DNA of 41,944 nucleotides from Rotaria socialis (Eukaryota): NCBI GenBank assembly GCA_905331295.1, contig CAJNYD010000013.1, positions 330,763 to 372,706 of the forward strand, read 5' to 3'. Shown piece by piece: positions 1 to 12,575 of this stretch (position 1 is its first letter; each line of letters starts with the position of its first letter). The notes under the pieces were generated by a model. It saw only the letters and a program-made list of their open reading frames with translations, ran no database searches and was not told where the DNA came from. The position numbers and the translations under genes were made by a program.

Positions 1-893
1 TACAAACGTAGCAAAAGTTTTCCGACACATATCTTTGAGAAATAAGAATATTTCGTGTTGTGTGGCAATGAGAACAGCGAAAAAAGCGAATATGTTTGGC
101 TCATCACGAAACGATCGACTTTTTGGAAGCGAATAGAAATCTTGCAATCAGAAAGAGCATCTAAACACAATCAACACAGAAAGACATACGCTGAAAGCGT
201 CTGTGGAAGGTTTTAATTAGGGGAAACAACACTTTCCAGTATTCTCGAAGTTACACTCTACATATCTTTTAAAATAGCGCCAACCTATGGTTGAACTTCG
301 TTGCAATATATTGAATCAGAGTTTCATAAGAAAATTTGAATGTACCTACGGACCAAAAAGACCATAAATATACGATATGCGTCTACATTTATCTACACAA
401 TATACATTAAAACCGTGACATCAGCCCCTATTATAAGTTAGCACACCTTCGACTACACAAAGAGGTCTATGCTGCTTATATAATGCAGAAGTGTTGCAAA
501 TCATAGAACTATTTTCTGACTAGTATCCGTGTAAATCGGTTGGGCTGTATCACGGATCGGCATGATTCATATCACCCATGCATTATTACAGAAATTACTC
601 GAACATCTATTTCAACTGCATCATGGATTTGGTAAAGCCTGCTAGTTGATGACAGTGAAAATCTACGTCGAGAACATTCATCTTAGTTTTGTCAGTTTGG
701 TACAAAAAATGTCAATAATTTTCATGTTTCATAGGCAGAATATTTCTGACATGGCAGTTTTTTTCTCATTATGAGCTTTAATGCATAGGATGAGATGTCT
801 CGAAGAGGTAAAATGTGAAAACTCCTTGCTTCAACGTACTTCAAGGTGTATAGAAAATTTAGCAATTATAACTGTTCAGTTTTCCGTCATCTA

Positions 894-1810
894 CAGAGCG
901 GTCAGTTTATTTTGAAACGATTTTCGTGAACTAATTCTTCCTCAGTAACTGATTCGGCTCTTGTGAATCTCATATCAATGTATCCTATAAAGACTGTACA
1001 TGTTCCCCTAATAGGCAGATTTTGCATAGAAGGATGTTTTCTGATAAAGCACTGGATAGTTTTAAAAAGATATATTTTAATATTTTTGAGAACAAGCATA
1101 TTTGCTGGTACCACCAGAAATGAACTTTTCGATTATTTCTCCATATTATCGTCTTTTGACCTGAGACATATGTCACAGGTACATCCACTATTACCGCATC
1201 TATGCTAAAAATTTCAGCAATAAAGAGCGACAATTCGTAGAGAAATCAGCAAGTGTTTCAAATATATAGTTGAAGTGAAACACATTGCAAGGCTTATCCT
1301 GCTACTATTTCTGGTTTAATTCAACGCTTTACATGATGGTCATTGATACCTGAGATATTCTCACGTGTAAGTAGTTCTAAAATACAATTAACTACTGTTT
1401 CAGACTTTAAATTAAATCAGAAATGGTAATAGGATAACCCTTGCAATATGTTTAGCTTCAGCTATATATTTGAAACACTTGCTGGTTTCTCTATGAATTC
1501 TCGTTCTTTATTGCTGAAACTTTTACCATAGATGCAGCAATAGTGGATGTGCCTGTGATATATGTCTGCGGTCAAAAGACGATAGTATGGAGGAAAAATA
1601 GGAAATGCTTATTTTAAAAAATTTGAAAATAACCTCTTCAAAGTTAGTCCAGTATTTTATCAGAAAACATCCTTCTATACAAAATCTGCCTATTAGGGCA
1701 ACATGTACAGTCTTTATAGGATACATTGATATGAGATTCATGAGAGCCGAATCAGTTACTGAGGAAGAATAAGTCCACGAAAATTGTTTCAAAATAAACT
1801 GAACACCCTG
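894..1810. mobile_element. Foldback/MITE, Tc1/mariner-type (TA target duplication), with about 430-bp inverted arms
   Basis: Left end ta|CAGAGCGGTCAGTTTATTT; the right end reverse-complements to ta|CAGGGTGTTCAGTTTATTT. Arms ~894-1325 and ~1405-1810 are imperfect inverted copies, and the ORFs at 963+ and 1523- translate the same text on opposite strands. Confidence 0.85.
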
Positions 1811-2065
1811 TAATATTAAGTACAGAGTTCTCTCACATTTTCCTTGAATTTCCAAAATCCGTACAAGACCTTCACTATGTTTAACATATACTGTGATTGC
1901 TTAAATATTACATTGAAAAAATTCTCTTCGCTGTCGAATTCTATAAATTGCTTGTCACTTTGGTTCTACCGGTAGAAATTTCATCCTAATTATAGCTGGA
2001 TTCTCCGTCTCGCAATAAGCCAACTTCATTGCATTTTTTGCTACTACGATAGATGTTATATAAGT

Positions 2066-4318
2066 GATAAGAAACGACAAAAGAAATATAACAAATTATC
2101 ATGACTCAATGTTTGCATCTTTTTTCGATAGTAACACTTGGCACGGCAGAGATTTAGTACAAGATATTAGCTGTCTACTCATACATATCCGCTTAATAGA
2201 ATAATTCTACTGTATTTTAATGAACAGAAACAGTTATGAACATAAGTAAAAATGTTTCTATAGTTAAAAAGTACCCCTGTGCTTAGGTTTTTGCAAAAAT
2301 TCAATCGCTCGGTTGTTATTATGGGCTGTAAGATGAATACTTGTGCAAAGGGTTTTCAGATAATCTATTTAAAAAGTCACACTGTTTTTATTTCTTTAGT
2401 CTAATGCACATATAAATAAAAAATATCTTTGAGCTATTCATATTTATCTCTCTAAGTTGAAGATAGAATTATTATGTATGTTTGTTACATTCGTTATTGA
2501 AGAAGTCAGCTAAGTAAATCGACAACAATTTATTCTGTCAATTTTTAGGGAACTTCTCGGCATTGATGCTTTGCTGTTCTAACTTGTAAAACTTTTTATG
2601 CGCATAGTTATCCACAAAAAAAACTATTGCATACTCATGATTGAGCGCGATAGTGAGCTAGAACGATGACATCATTGTCCTAATCAACGCACTTATGCTA
2701 GATAGAATGCGAATATGTTGCAACTTTCACTCATCGAAAACTGGCAATTTTTCGGATTTATTATTTTCTACATTTGCAGATTCGATTCTATGTTCAATGA
2801 AAGTATGATGGCTATTATTAATGAACCGCATACTCCGCGAACTGAAGCAGAGCAAACCCTTTACAATATGTTCTTAGATACATTTGGTACTCATTATGTG
2901 ACACATGTGATCGTTGGTGCCACTGCTCACATCTTCACTGTAATAAGCGATGCTTATGCAACGTCATCGTTATATCAAGAAACTATGTCTCAAGTCTCAA
3001 AAATGGGTCATTATTTCTTCGCCTCTTCATATTCAACTGACTACAGTCGTCAACTTGAGCAAAGTATCACTGAATCATTCCGAAAAACATCGGAAAGTTT
3101 TGTCGAATATCGCCCACCCGTACCACAGGTGCCTGGTAAAACCGAATGGCAGTAAGTAGATAAATTTCCCTACTGATGTATAGTATGTAATTACTAAAAT
3201 TATCACGAAGTTATAAAAGTCACTCAGGTGTAGCTGTTTCTGCCATATTTGATCTAAATAAGACATGAATCTTACAAACTAATTAGCTTCAATCAAATAG
3301 GTGAAAACAGATAATATATAAATCTTAAATTTTCATCAAATTACATTCTAAAAGTAAACATTTGACGAACTGGCTTGGTACAAGTGTTTTAAGTTTTAGT
3401 TATCATTTTGTGCACCTATTTGATCGAAATAAATGAATCAATGCTATTACTTTTTTCAAATCTATGCACGTAATCGTTAGATGCTGAAACGTAAACAATT
3501 TAAAATCGATTTTATGTGAGAGATTCAGTAGAAATTTACTCATCGGGCGTAGCCTGATCATGAATTCTTTTTGTGAAAAAAGAATCAATGCGACAGAGAC
3601 GAATTCTATGTAAAAATACATAGAGTAAAAAGAACAAGCTGAGCTACGTAACGATCTTGATGTTTCTTAGTTTTAAGGAATGACCATTCCGACGTTCATT
3701 TGGAAGAGGTTGGATAATTTAACGAAAATAAACTGGTAAAATCATTATGCATGAAAGTATCTATTATCCATGAGCAACATATCTACATTGTACAGATCAT
3801 TGTTATAGAAGTTGACATAAACAATGAAACCGCGTGCCGCTCAGCACCAGAATAAATGCATCCGTGCTAGTCTTAATTGACTGAAACATATATGCAACAC
3901 GTCGTAAAAAGTATCGATGGCTACGACAGAAAAGATGCAATTTTTTGATTATTGGGTAATGAGATAATTTATTCTCTTGTTTGTTCTAGATCTTGGTTGG
4001 GCAATGCTCTTTTATCTCCAGTAGTTGTCAATCGAACAATTGCTCCTTTGTCCAATCTATTTTATCGCTATCCGCTCGTTCAAGCTCATTTGCGACGCAC
4101 AATAAACTACTTATTGGATCATGGGAAACGTCCCATGCTTGCTGAACTCAATGGATAGTATATAATTGATCATGTATTATTCATCACTTTTCCTCTAACG
4201 ATTTACATTTTGCTTAGATCGCCTTCCGATCTCATTTAGGTGCTTGCCAGTAACTTTTGATATCTATCTGAATATTTGTTTCTTGCTACTAATCTCTTGA
4301 TATTTTTGTTTAATAAAC
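2066..4318 (+). repeat. Segmental duplication, paralogous to ~16022-18370 (MACPF intron 2 end through polyA signal)
   Basis: Collinear similarity through introns, exons and 3' UTR, e.g. ctactaatctcttgatatttttgtttaataaac vs ctgctaatctcttgatatttttgttcaataaac. Confidence 0.9.
2780..4158 (+). CDS. MACPF/perforin-like protein, paralogue A: last two exons (2780-3151, 3990-4158); 5' exons presumably lie upstream of the window
   Basis: Contains the MACPF signature FGTHYVTHVIVGA. Splice sites cag|A at 2780, CA|gtaagt at 3151 and tag|A at 3990 are all phase 2. Exon sizes (372, 169 nt) equal those of the complete copy. AATAAA at 4312. Confidence 0.85.
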
Positions 4319-4809
4319 TTTTAGCTAACTTTCAGTTCTTGTCACCTTCGATAATTCTACTTTTAATATTCATTTCTATATGCATACATATATTTAATTA
4401 TGTATCGATTTGCCACGATTTAACCGTGGTACAATAACATTACAGAAGCCGCACTGCAGTTACGAATCATCTATTTAAAAGTAATGATATTTTCTTGTAA
4501 TTCTACATACTGTAACAATCCATGAGATCACTTATTGTGTCCTTATATAGGTTTTTATTGTTATTATGCCCCTGAATTCTTTGCTCAACCATATCATCCA
4601 TTCTATTCTTACTTCATATTTTGTGGAACTTACATAATTATATTTTCGAAGAAAATGGTGGGTGTAAGTTTAAAAGCGAGATTTTTGCGGCTCCCCCCTC
4701 CATTACAGACATTAGCGAGCTTAAAATTGTGCTAATTAGGAGCTTGAATAATTAGGCTCCTATTTCATCCTTTTTTAATTACAGACTACACGAAAAAAGC
4801 AACGCTTGT

Positions 4810-4896
4810 CCATTACAGACCACAGTAACTAGCTTAGGGTGCCATTACAGACCATAGTAACTAGCTTAGGGTGCCATTACAGACCATAGAAACTAG
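4810..4896 (+). repeat. 32-bp tandem repeat (~2.7 copies), CCATTACAGACCAYAGTAACTAGCTTAGGGTG
   Basis: Units start at 4810, 4842 and 4874. Scattered (C)ATTACAG motifs at ~4701, 4778, 4938 and 4971 suggest a transposon subterminal region. Confidence 0.8.
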
Positions 4897-5173
4897 TATC
4901 TGTCATTGCTAAAGATATCAGCTAACAATTAATACTCCATTACAGGTATGAGCAAATAAGTAATGACCTAATTACAGGTTTTGGAAATCAGGGTAGATCT
5001 TTTACATGTACTCTTTTAAACTATTTTAGTAAGTCTAAGAGATATATGTGAGTTCCACATTTTAGCCCCAAAGGGGCTGCGCTAACATGCTTTTGTCCTT
5101 GGACTGTAGCGCTGTACTTAGTTTAATCCTGACTTTTCCTCTTATTGCTCTCCTATTTCTCCATATAGCGATG

Positions 5174-5400
5174 CCCAAGTCGAGCATTATGCCTAACCGA
5201 TAGGGTCGTAAATGATCGTTTACGATGACGTAATCGGTGGCATACGTCGAATTTACGATTTATACGGGCCGGAAAGCGCCGTACCGTATATAGCGTGCCA
5301 CTATGATCGTTTACAAATGAAACTCCGCCACGACGCGGCAGTAAAACATAAAAGATACGACCAGCCACTGTGCCTTATACCGCCGTAAACATATCGTAGC
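5174..5400. mobile_element. Degenerate left end of a CCCAGGTCGA-family (CMC/EnSpm-type) element
   Basis: CCCAAGTCGAGCAT resembles the terminus of the 15492-15778 MITE (CCCAGGTCGAACAT) and is followed by the same tacg/cgtaaa/tacggg-rich subterminal motifs. The right end was not identified. Confidence 0.45.
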
Positions 5401-7350
5401 CCACTGTTATCGACCATATCCAACCCAGCAACGCAATCGTATTTCCACAATATTACACTGAATCATAATCGACATCAAATACATAGTTTACTATACCGAA
5501 CGAACAAAAGTCACTACAAGTGAAAGCCTCCAGAAATCAGCCTGGCATCAAACAAAATCCCTGCAAAATCACCTTTGTACGAAAGCTTCGAAAAGCATTT
5601 TTGATGCATACGATCGATGGAGGATATCAATAATAACCTATTCGTTGATTTCTGCTGCACCATATAACAGGGATCAATAGAAATCGGAGAAAGAACAAAT
5701 GGATCCAAGAGTTATTGTAAAAATCAGTTTCTGAGGAAACCATTAGAATTATTGTTTGGTGCCTACGACCGGCGGTGAGCACAATCAAATAACTAAACCC
5801 TATTTTTTGCGCTTGTACACATAAAACGAATCGGGAAAAATATAAAAAAATGAAATACATGAATAGAATTGTGGAGAAAACTAACTAAATAGAAGTCAAT
5901 CAAGACAATAGATTATGTGGAGCAGCGATGGAGGGGATTACAAAATACACATTGTTCGATATGCAGTAGATTTAGTAGCAGTAGGATGCTTAAAAAATAG
6001 CAAAAAAGAAACGGAAACATCAGTAAAATGCTGCTTCTATATATTTCGAAGTAATGTTCTCGTGATCAGTAACCACCATAGCTGAAGGAGTAGCAGCTCG
6101 ACTGTGTTTTTTGCTAAGTATCCATGTAGCTGGCAGTGCGATTTGTAATGTACTACTTTTAGTAGATTTTATTGTAATGAAAAATAAAAATGCGTGTTTT
6201 AGTGCAAAAATTATTTTCTGATCAACTCCAGCTTTTCATGGAAAACAGGTTTTGAAAGACATAAGATTAGGACTGACCTTCGCGTAGGGAACAAATAATG
6301 AGCAACACATTGCGTAGGAAATGGGATACGCTGAAAAGGAATCTCGCGAAATTATGATTCATTTCATGGAAATAGTGGGACACAACATGTCTTCGGTTCT
6401 CACACAAATGAGGTGAATTTAAAGAAAATCCTGCTTTCGGATTTTCCAACGAAAATATACTGCGTGGATGTTTTCTCAATGATTGTATCTGAGGATACCT
6501 GCTACACCTTTTCGATAGAGGATAAAAAATCACAAAAATCCTTGAGATCTACCATAAATGTCTCGAAAAAATCATAGAAATAATAATGGATCTAGCAGAT
6601 ATTTATTGGGTATTGAGTCTTTGCTTTTGAATAAGTATCAATGTTGTTGTGTTGGCATGGACCAATCTTAACCCTTGTTTGCATTAAACAAATGCTACAA
6701 TACTCCAAGAAAACAGCTAATTGCCGTGAGTCCTCGCTTATGAACGCGTAAGATTGAAAAACCGAAATCATTTTTTTTACCGATTGCTGCCATTGAATCC
6801 GATCGTTTACTGTGATATACGACGACGGTAATTCATCGCAAGACTTTGTTTATGGCAACAGTAAACGTCAAGTAATGTTCATCAATATCAAGTGAGTTTC
6901 AATATCAGCGGTATTCAGAAATCAGGTAGTGGAATCAGTACTTTTTGGCAACGAAAATAAGAACTGATTACTATCGCTAAATTAATATTATGGATAGAAG
7001 GCGTCTATGTGAAATAAAAAGGTCTTTCATTCCACTTCTCGAACAATAACAATTAATCACTACAATTAGCTCTTTATCAAGGTGCTAGTACATAGAATTT
7101 TAGCCTGTCAAATATCCAATACAGATTATGAAACAACTACTGAAGACGAGTATACAGATGAAGATAATTTTCTGCTATATCTATCCCTCAAAATAGACAT
7201 GAGTTAAAACTTAACAATTGGTGAACTTCGCTTTTGAAAGTCACAGTATTCTACAATTTAGAGCATGAAAAGCAAATATATACTAAAGCATGATAGAATA
7301 TTTATTGAATGAATTAAATAAGCATATAGTATTTATGAATATCAAGAGAG

Positions 7351-9003
7351 CTAGCAAGATTTTGTTCCATTCACGTTGAACGGCATGTTCGGCAATTTGA
7401 TAACTAGTTTATCAATATTTATTCGAATTTGAGTGATTACCGCAGCAGAAATGGTAGTTGTGGTGGCGACATTTGAGACGATTTCATTATCCAACATATT
7501 TTTATGTATAGCATTCAAAGGAGTGATGAGTAGTTCAAAATCAAGCAGCCGTTCAATAACATCGTTTAATACTAAAAAAAGATGATCGTCATTATATTCC
7601 TATTAGAAAAGTTGAATCAAAAGATCGTAAGTTCCTCATAAATTCATAGTTGTATAAATGTTCTTTATAGCTAATATGAAATGCAATTCAAAACTTATTC
7701 TACTATCCAGAAGAATGAAACAAACTTCGTCGCGAATTCAATGATGTTTACAACCAACATTTAGTGTACAGTCAGCAAAGGAATTAGTCAGTGTTCAGTT
7801 TTAATTTACATATTACCGCATGAAAAATACGTGTATGACACTATCATGTCCAGAACAGTGAGGATTGGTATAAATTTGAATTGCTATCAAACTGAACCGA
7901 CTGGAAATTACTGTTGAAATAAGATTGGGACTAGTTACTGATTAGTAACATGAAGTATTAGTCATAAAATTCTCTTGGATAGTATTAGCATATCAACAAA
8001 TCTACGTATATTTGAGATAGGCTACGTGCTTCACTACTAAAACGCAGCCATATCAAAACAAAAAGTCGATAAATGCTTTCGACTTAAGTCTCTCACTTGT
8101 TGAAGTGCTGAAAATCGTTGCAATATGAAACGTAACTTTCTTGAGTTGTTCACTAATATGCACAATCGTCTTTTGCTGAGTTTTAAATTCAGATAAGGTG
8201 GAATTGAGTGTGGTAAGTTCGGCAGTGCCATCGGTCACTTGTGATTTCAATTCTTCTTGTTGAGCTCGCAAATCGTGCAGTGTATTTTCGTAAGTATCAA
8301 GCTGATTTTTGGCACTTTCTAGTTGTTTGTCAGCATCCAACTGTCGTTTCATTGCATTTTCGATTCCCTTCTGCCCAAACACCGAACAGAATGGCTGTAA
8401 AAAACCCTATTTAAAGAATAGATCTGAGATATTTTAGTCATTTGAGAAAATCGGTATACTTGCCGATGGATTAAAAAATAATCGTTTTCGACGCCGGCGT
8501 CGTCGTTGACAATTCACTGCGTCTTCCATGGCTCGTTCCGCATCTCGTACAGCGTCGTTTGCCGAGTTGACACCAGCTTGTTTATCTTTCACACCTTGTT
8601 CTGCGATAGCTACTTGCTTTTGAACAGATGTTACCTGCGCATACAGATCACTGAGATCTTTCTGACTCTGTTTAATCTTTTTTTCCCATTCGGCTATGAC
8701 AACAACCAACTGCATTACGGTTTCGTCGACGACTCCACGTATCGTATTACTTTTGTCAAGAGCAAGACTCAAATTACCTCTCAATGCAAGAACTCCACAG
8801 TTGAGAGTTCGTATTAATTTTTCTGGGATACTTGTATTAGGTGCTTTCAACAGAGTATCAATAATTTCTGTTTGAAGCAATGAGTAGGCTAGATTATAAG
8901 GAGGAATCACATGATAGTTCATTTCTGATTTGTACCAGTTCACATCTTGCCCTTTTACCACTTGATCAATAACTATCAAAGCTAAAACAATCAAGAAATT
9001 CAT
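7351..9003 (-). CDS. Secreted long coiled-coil protein (~356 aa) with a polybasic cleavage motif; exons 9003-8464, 8406-8097, 7571-7351
   Basis: N-terminal hydrophobic signal MNFLIVLALIVIDQVVKG and heptad-rich helices flanking C-QRRRRRRKR-LFFNPSGFLQPF-C. Introns are 57 nt (GC-AG, phase 0) and 525 nt (GT-AG, phase 1). The exons join to 1071 nt in frame and end ...NGTKSC*. Minus-strand AATAAA at 7301-7306. Confidence 0.85.
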
Positions 9004-9891
9004 TTTGGCATTAGCTGACGAATGATTCTATAGGTATTTATGCAGAATTGACGATGTCGATACATGACGAGAACATTCTAGGTATTCAGTGATTAATTCC
9101 TGTTTTTCGTGTGTAAATAACCGTCTCTATTCAGTTGTGATGAATTCAGAATGTATAAATTATGATTATATGCATACTGAATTTCAATAAAAAAAAGGTA
9201 ACGAATGTCTGTTTCGGCGACTGTGAACGTGAAGAAAGCGAGTTTTATGCAAGCTATAGCATTCATCTTAGTGTAGTACTTAGGTAAATTGAATTGGCTT
9301 CATTTTGGGGCACTGATGAATGAGTATGCTTTTTTTAATTGACACAATCCATGAAGGAAGCTGTTGAATACGCATGAATGTGCAATAATTGGCAAGACGG
9401 TAGTATTGATAAATTCGATAGAGCATGAAACATTTTGTCGTCATCAACGGCGCTCATACAGCGGACTAAAAACGTTGAGTCTGACTGAGCCATATACACT
9501 CACATATCTTCACAGCAAAGTATTGAAATCATTTTGAGTGATTCTTGTGTTAACCCTGATCTACACGCATACATCTAGTACGAACTTATTTTTTATGAAT
9601 GTATATGAATCAATTATTACATAGTGTGAGTGATGCAGCATTTCTCCTGGTTGTGGCATTTAATAATGATTGACATTTTCCGTTTTAAATAATTGTCATA
9701 TCTACTATGGCTAGCACATAATCTATCGATTATACAGTATGCTCATCAGTATACAGTTCTCGTAGTGCACAACATACCAGAAGCAAGCGACGTGTGTGCA
9801 AATGTTTTGCATAATTAAATTCAGCTATCGAAAAAGATTTAAATTACTGTGATTTTATCGCATTTTAAGTTCCCTCAGTTTTCGTTGCATT
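9004..9891. promoter_or_regulatory. Putative bidirectional promoter between the divergent coiled-coil gene and Pro-rich peptide gene
   Basis: 888-bp head-to-head spacer with a TATA-like CATAAATA on the minus strand about 30 bp before ATG 9003. The region is duplicated almost identically at ~22121-23009. Confidence 0.5.
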
Positions 9892-10107
9892 ATGCACGTA
9901 ATGATTGTAATTTTCATGAGCGCTTGTTTCGTAATGACGATATCGGCTGACGATTTCTGGGAGATAATTGGTTTTTCAAAACATACAGTTCCTGTTCCAC
10001 CGAGACGGTCTCTACCACCTATGCTGGGGTATAGTCCTAGACCATCATTTAGACTTCAAACATTACCTCGAGGGGTTCGTACATCTGAACTGACGTCAAG
10101 ATTTTGA
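9892..10107 (+). CDS. Secreted Pro/Arg-rich peptide, copy 1 (71 aa; internally deleted relative to copy 2)
   Basis: Signal-like MHVMIVIFMSACFVMTISA followed by VPVPPRRSLPPMLGYSPRPSFRLQTLPR. The ORF is conserved in frame with paralogue 23010. About 160 bp present at ~23200-23359 are absent here. Confidence 0.6.
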   Translation: MHVMIVIFMSACFVMTISADDFWEIIGFSKHTVPVPPRRSLPPMLGYSPRPSFRLQTLPRGVRTSELTSRF

Positions 10108-10578
10108 GTAGTTTTTTTTATTTAAAGCTGTTGTTCGGAAATATAAAAGAGCTATCGTGAATACCATATGTTCATATCTTCATTTTTTTACACACTTCAA
10201 AAGTATTTCAGTGTGAGTGTATTTGCTGGCTTTGCGTGNTTTATTTAAAGCTGTTGTTCAGAAATATAAAAGAGCTATCGTGAATACCATATGTTCATAT
10301 CTTCATTTTTTTACACACTTCAAAAGTATTTCAGTGTGAGTGTATTTGCTGGCTTTGCGTGAAATATTGGGTACACGCTGGCGTGTTTGAAGTGGACACG
10401 CGATGTGCTAGGACCAAGGATGATATCACTCATGGCAGTAACTCAATAACTTTAGATTAATATATGATATAGCTGACCATTCGCGCTGCACATCTATATG
10501 GCTAGTATGGTTAATCAGATATTGACTGCGATTGATATTATTTGCAAAATTCAAATAGATTGATCATTTTTGTTTCTA

Positions 10579-11114
10579 CGCGATCGGGAAAATGTTTATT
10601 CCAAGAGGGTAGCATCATCATTTTAAATAGAGTAAACGATGTATTCTGTACCAAATGAAAGCTCTTGAAAAACGGGATTTATTGAAAATAAATCGTAAAG
10701 GTTTTGAAGACCTTAGTGTATTAAACTGTCGAAGTTTATATAATTCTATGGAAACATATGCTGTTTTTATTTCAAACACTTTTGCGGTGGTATCTATCAC
10801 GCTTTCGTGCAATGAATAATGCTAACAGTCATCACACTTATTATTGATTCTATTCATTAAATGATAAAAAAATTAACTATTTCGGAACATATTTAGTTCA
10901 AATTTTGCGTCGGAGATAGTTTTCTCTAGCTTCATGTAAATGAAATATCATAGATTTTGAGAGTTTAATACACTAAGGCCTTCGAAATGCTTAGTATCAA
11001 GTATTAATAAACCCAGTTTTCCAAGAGCTTGCAATTCATATGAAAATCATCATTGACTGTACCTAAATTGACGGTGTTACTTCCGCCCCTGGTTAAATAC
11101 TTTTTCCAAGCATG
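10579..11114. mobile_element. Degenerate foldback MITE with TA flanks (Tc1/mariner-like)
   Basis: Inverted arms, e.g. ccttagtgtattaaact (~10711) vs agtttaatacactaagg (~10962) and aagctcttg vs caagagctt. Absent from the paralogous segment (~23757). Confidence 0.7.
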
Positions 11115-11874
11115 TACATGTCATTGTTGCATTAGAATAGTGAGTAGAAGAACTTTTTAGTCTCTTGTAAATATCAGACATCAAGACTACATAAAGTTAA
11201 TGTGAAAGCAATCTCAATGAGTGATTGGCTGACGTAGCTATATATTTTATGAATAAATAGTTGTCCTGGCGAATTAGCTTATTTAAAACATATGATACGA
11301 AGAGCGCTGATTCGAAATGAGATACAATTACACATGGCCGACGAGTGTTGTAGCCCATAGCAATTTACGATGGGTGCAAACAAGAAAATAATCTGACTAT
11401 TCCTAATGCAAATCTAATGCAGGTGATTATGAAAAATATTTCATCGAAAAATCTTCACAAGGCGCTCGAAAATAGTATACTTCGATAAGGAATCAGAAAG
11501 GAAGTGCGGTTCGTCACAAGAAAGTATAGTTCCCTATATATACATGATTTGATGGTGAGTATTGAATGATAATTTCAGATAATAAATGTTGGTGTCTGAA
11601 ATTATTTTTCTTCCTTGCATCCTTGACTCTGACACTAACAGAATTTGAATTAGATATTCCGAATAGGAGACGAGTAGAATTGCTAGCATTTCCTAAACGT
11701 TTTTCTATTTTTCAATAGTAGAAAGCATTTCAAATAAATTGATAGTATCTTGAATAAGTTGCTAAACACCTATTATTATTACGGCCAGTCCACATCCCAT
11801 ATATGTTAGAATTACAGCTAGACTCCACTATATGCTTGAAGCTACTTATTCTCTAGTGCGTTTCTTAGTTTGTA

Positions 11875-12129
11875 CTCTGTAAAAAAGAAGATGTCATATT
11901 GAACCTTTTCTCAGGACCATTTTCAGAACCTTTTTAAAGTTTTAGTCAAAAAGTCTTGAACATAAAATGGTTTTCGATAGAAATGCGGAACCTTAAGAGG
12001 TTCGAGCTTTTTGACTAGAACCTTGAAAAAAGGTTCTGAAAATGGTACCCAAATCTAGCACCTTAAAAGGTTTTAGACCTTCGCTTGAACCATAAACGGT
12101 TCAGTGCGACACCTTTTCTTTATAGAGAG
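11875..12129. mobile_element. 255-bp MITE with a 2-bp TA target duplication
   Basis: ta|CTCTGTAAAAAAGAAGATGTC...GACACCTTTTCTTTATAGAGAG|ta with internal inverted gaacc/ggttc motifs. The exact empty site ttagtttgTAgtatg is present in the paralogue at 24530-24531. Confidence 0.85.
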
Positions 12130-12575
12130 TAGTATATGTCAGTAACGGAACTGATAAGTTGGATGGAAAATATAATAAAACATCTTCAGTTAACTTTTAT
12201 TTGCGCCATTTATATCGGAATTCTTCATTTTATTTCCTGAATTGTACGGAATTGTACGGAATTTGAGAAATCGGACAAAATTCAAGTTCGGCCTGGCCTC
12301 GGAATGTTCAACATTGTGGAATGGGATGACTGCTCGTAATTAGATGAATAGATCGTAATAATAATATGCTCTTTCAGGCGATCATGCTTTCATTTAGAAA
12401 TATTAAGAATTCAGAAAAATATTCAACAAGCACATTGATGTAAAATTGGATGTGGTCATGGGAATTCAGGAGAGTGCCAATCAAATCCTTAAGACGTTTT
12501 TCCCTAAAGCGAAAATAAAAAGATCGAACAGTGCTCATTCGGCATGGAAAATATTCATCGTATTTTAGATTTAGT

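Larger units (their letters stand above)
8890..12432 (+). repeat. Segmental duplication, paralogous to 22008-24833
   Basis: Near-identical over 8890-9921 vs 22008-23040, then diverged but collinear up to aacaagca (12432) / aacaaaca (24833). Confidence 0.95.

Noticed and set aside
902..1855. Short ORFs at 902-1855, also 14044-14533, 15505-15882, 24911-25271, 27993-28250, 38288-38473 and 40549-40794
   Set aside because: They fall within MITEs or palindromes and show no protein-like motifs.
4810..4896. Possible CRISPR array or telomeric repeat (contains TTAGGG)
   Set aside because: Contiguous 32-bp units without unique spacers, no cas genes, eukaryotic context, and only isolated hexamers.
9000..9011. 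Three-codon upstream ORF (ATG CCA AAA TGA, minus) overlapping the coiled-coil start
   Set aside because: Probably at or outside the transcript 5' end given the TATA-like box position; no evidence of function.
10118..10360. Exact ~121-bp tandem duplication
   Set aside because: The two copies are separated by a single N at 10239 and the paralogue (~23395-23512) has one copy, so this is a scaffolding overlap artefact.
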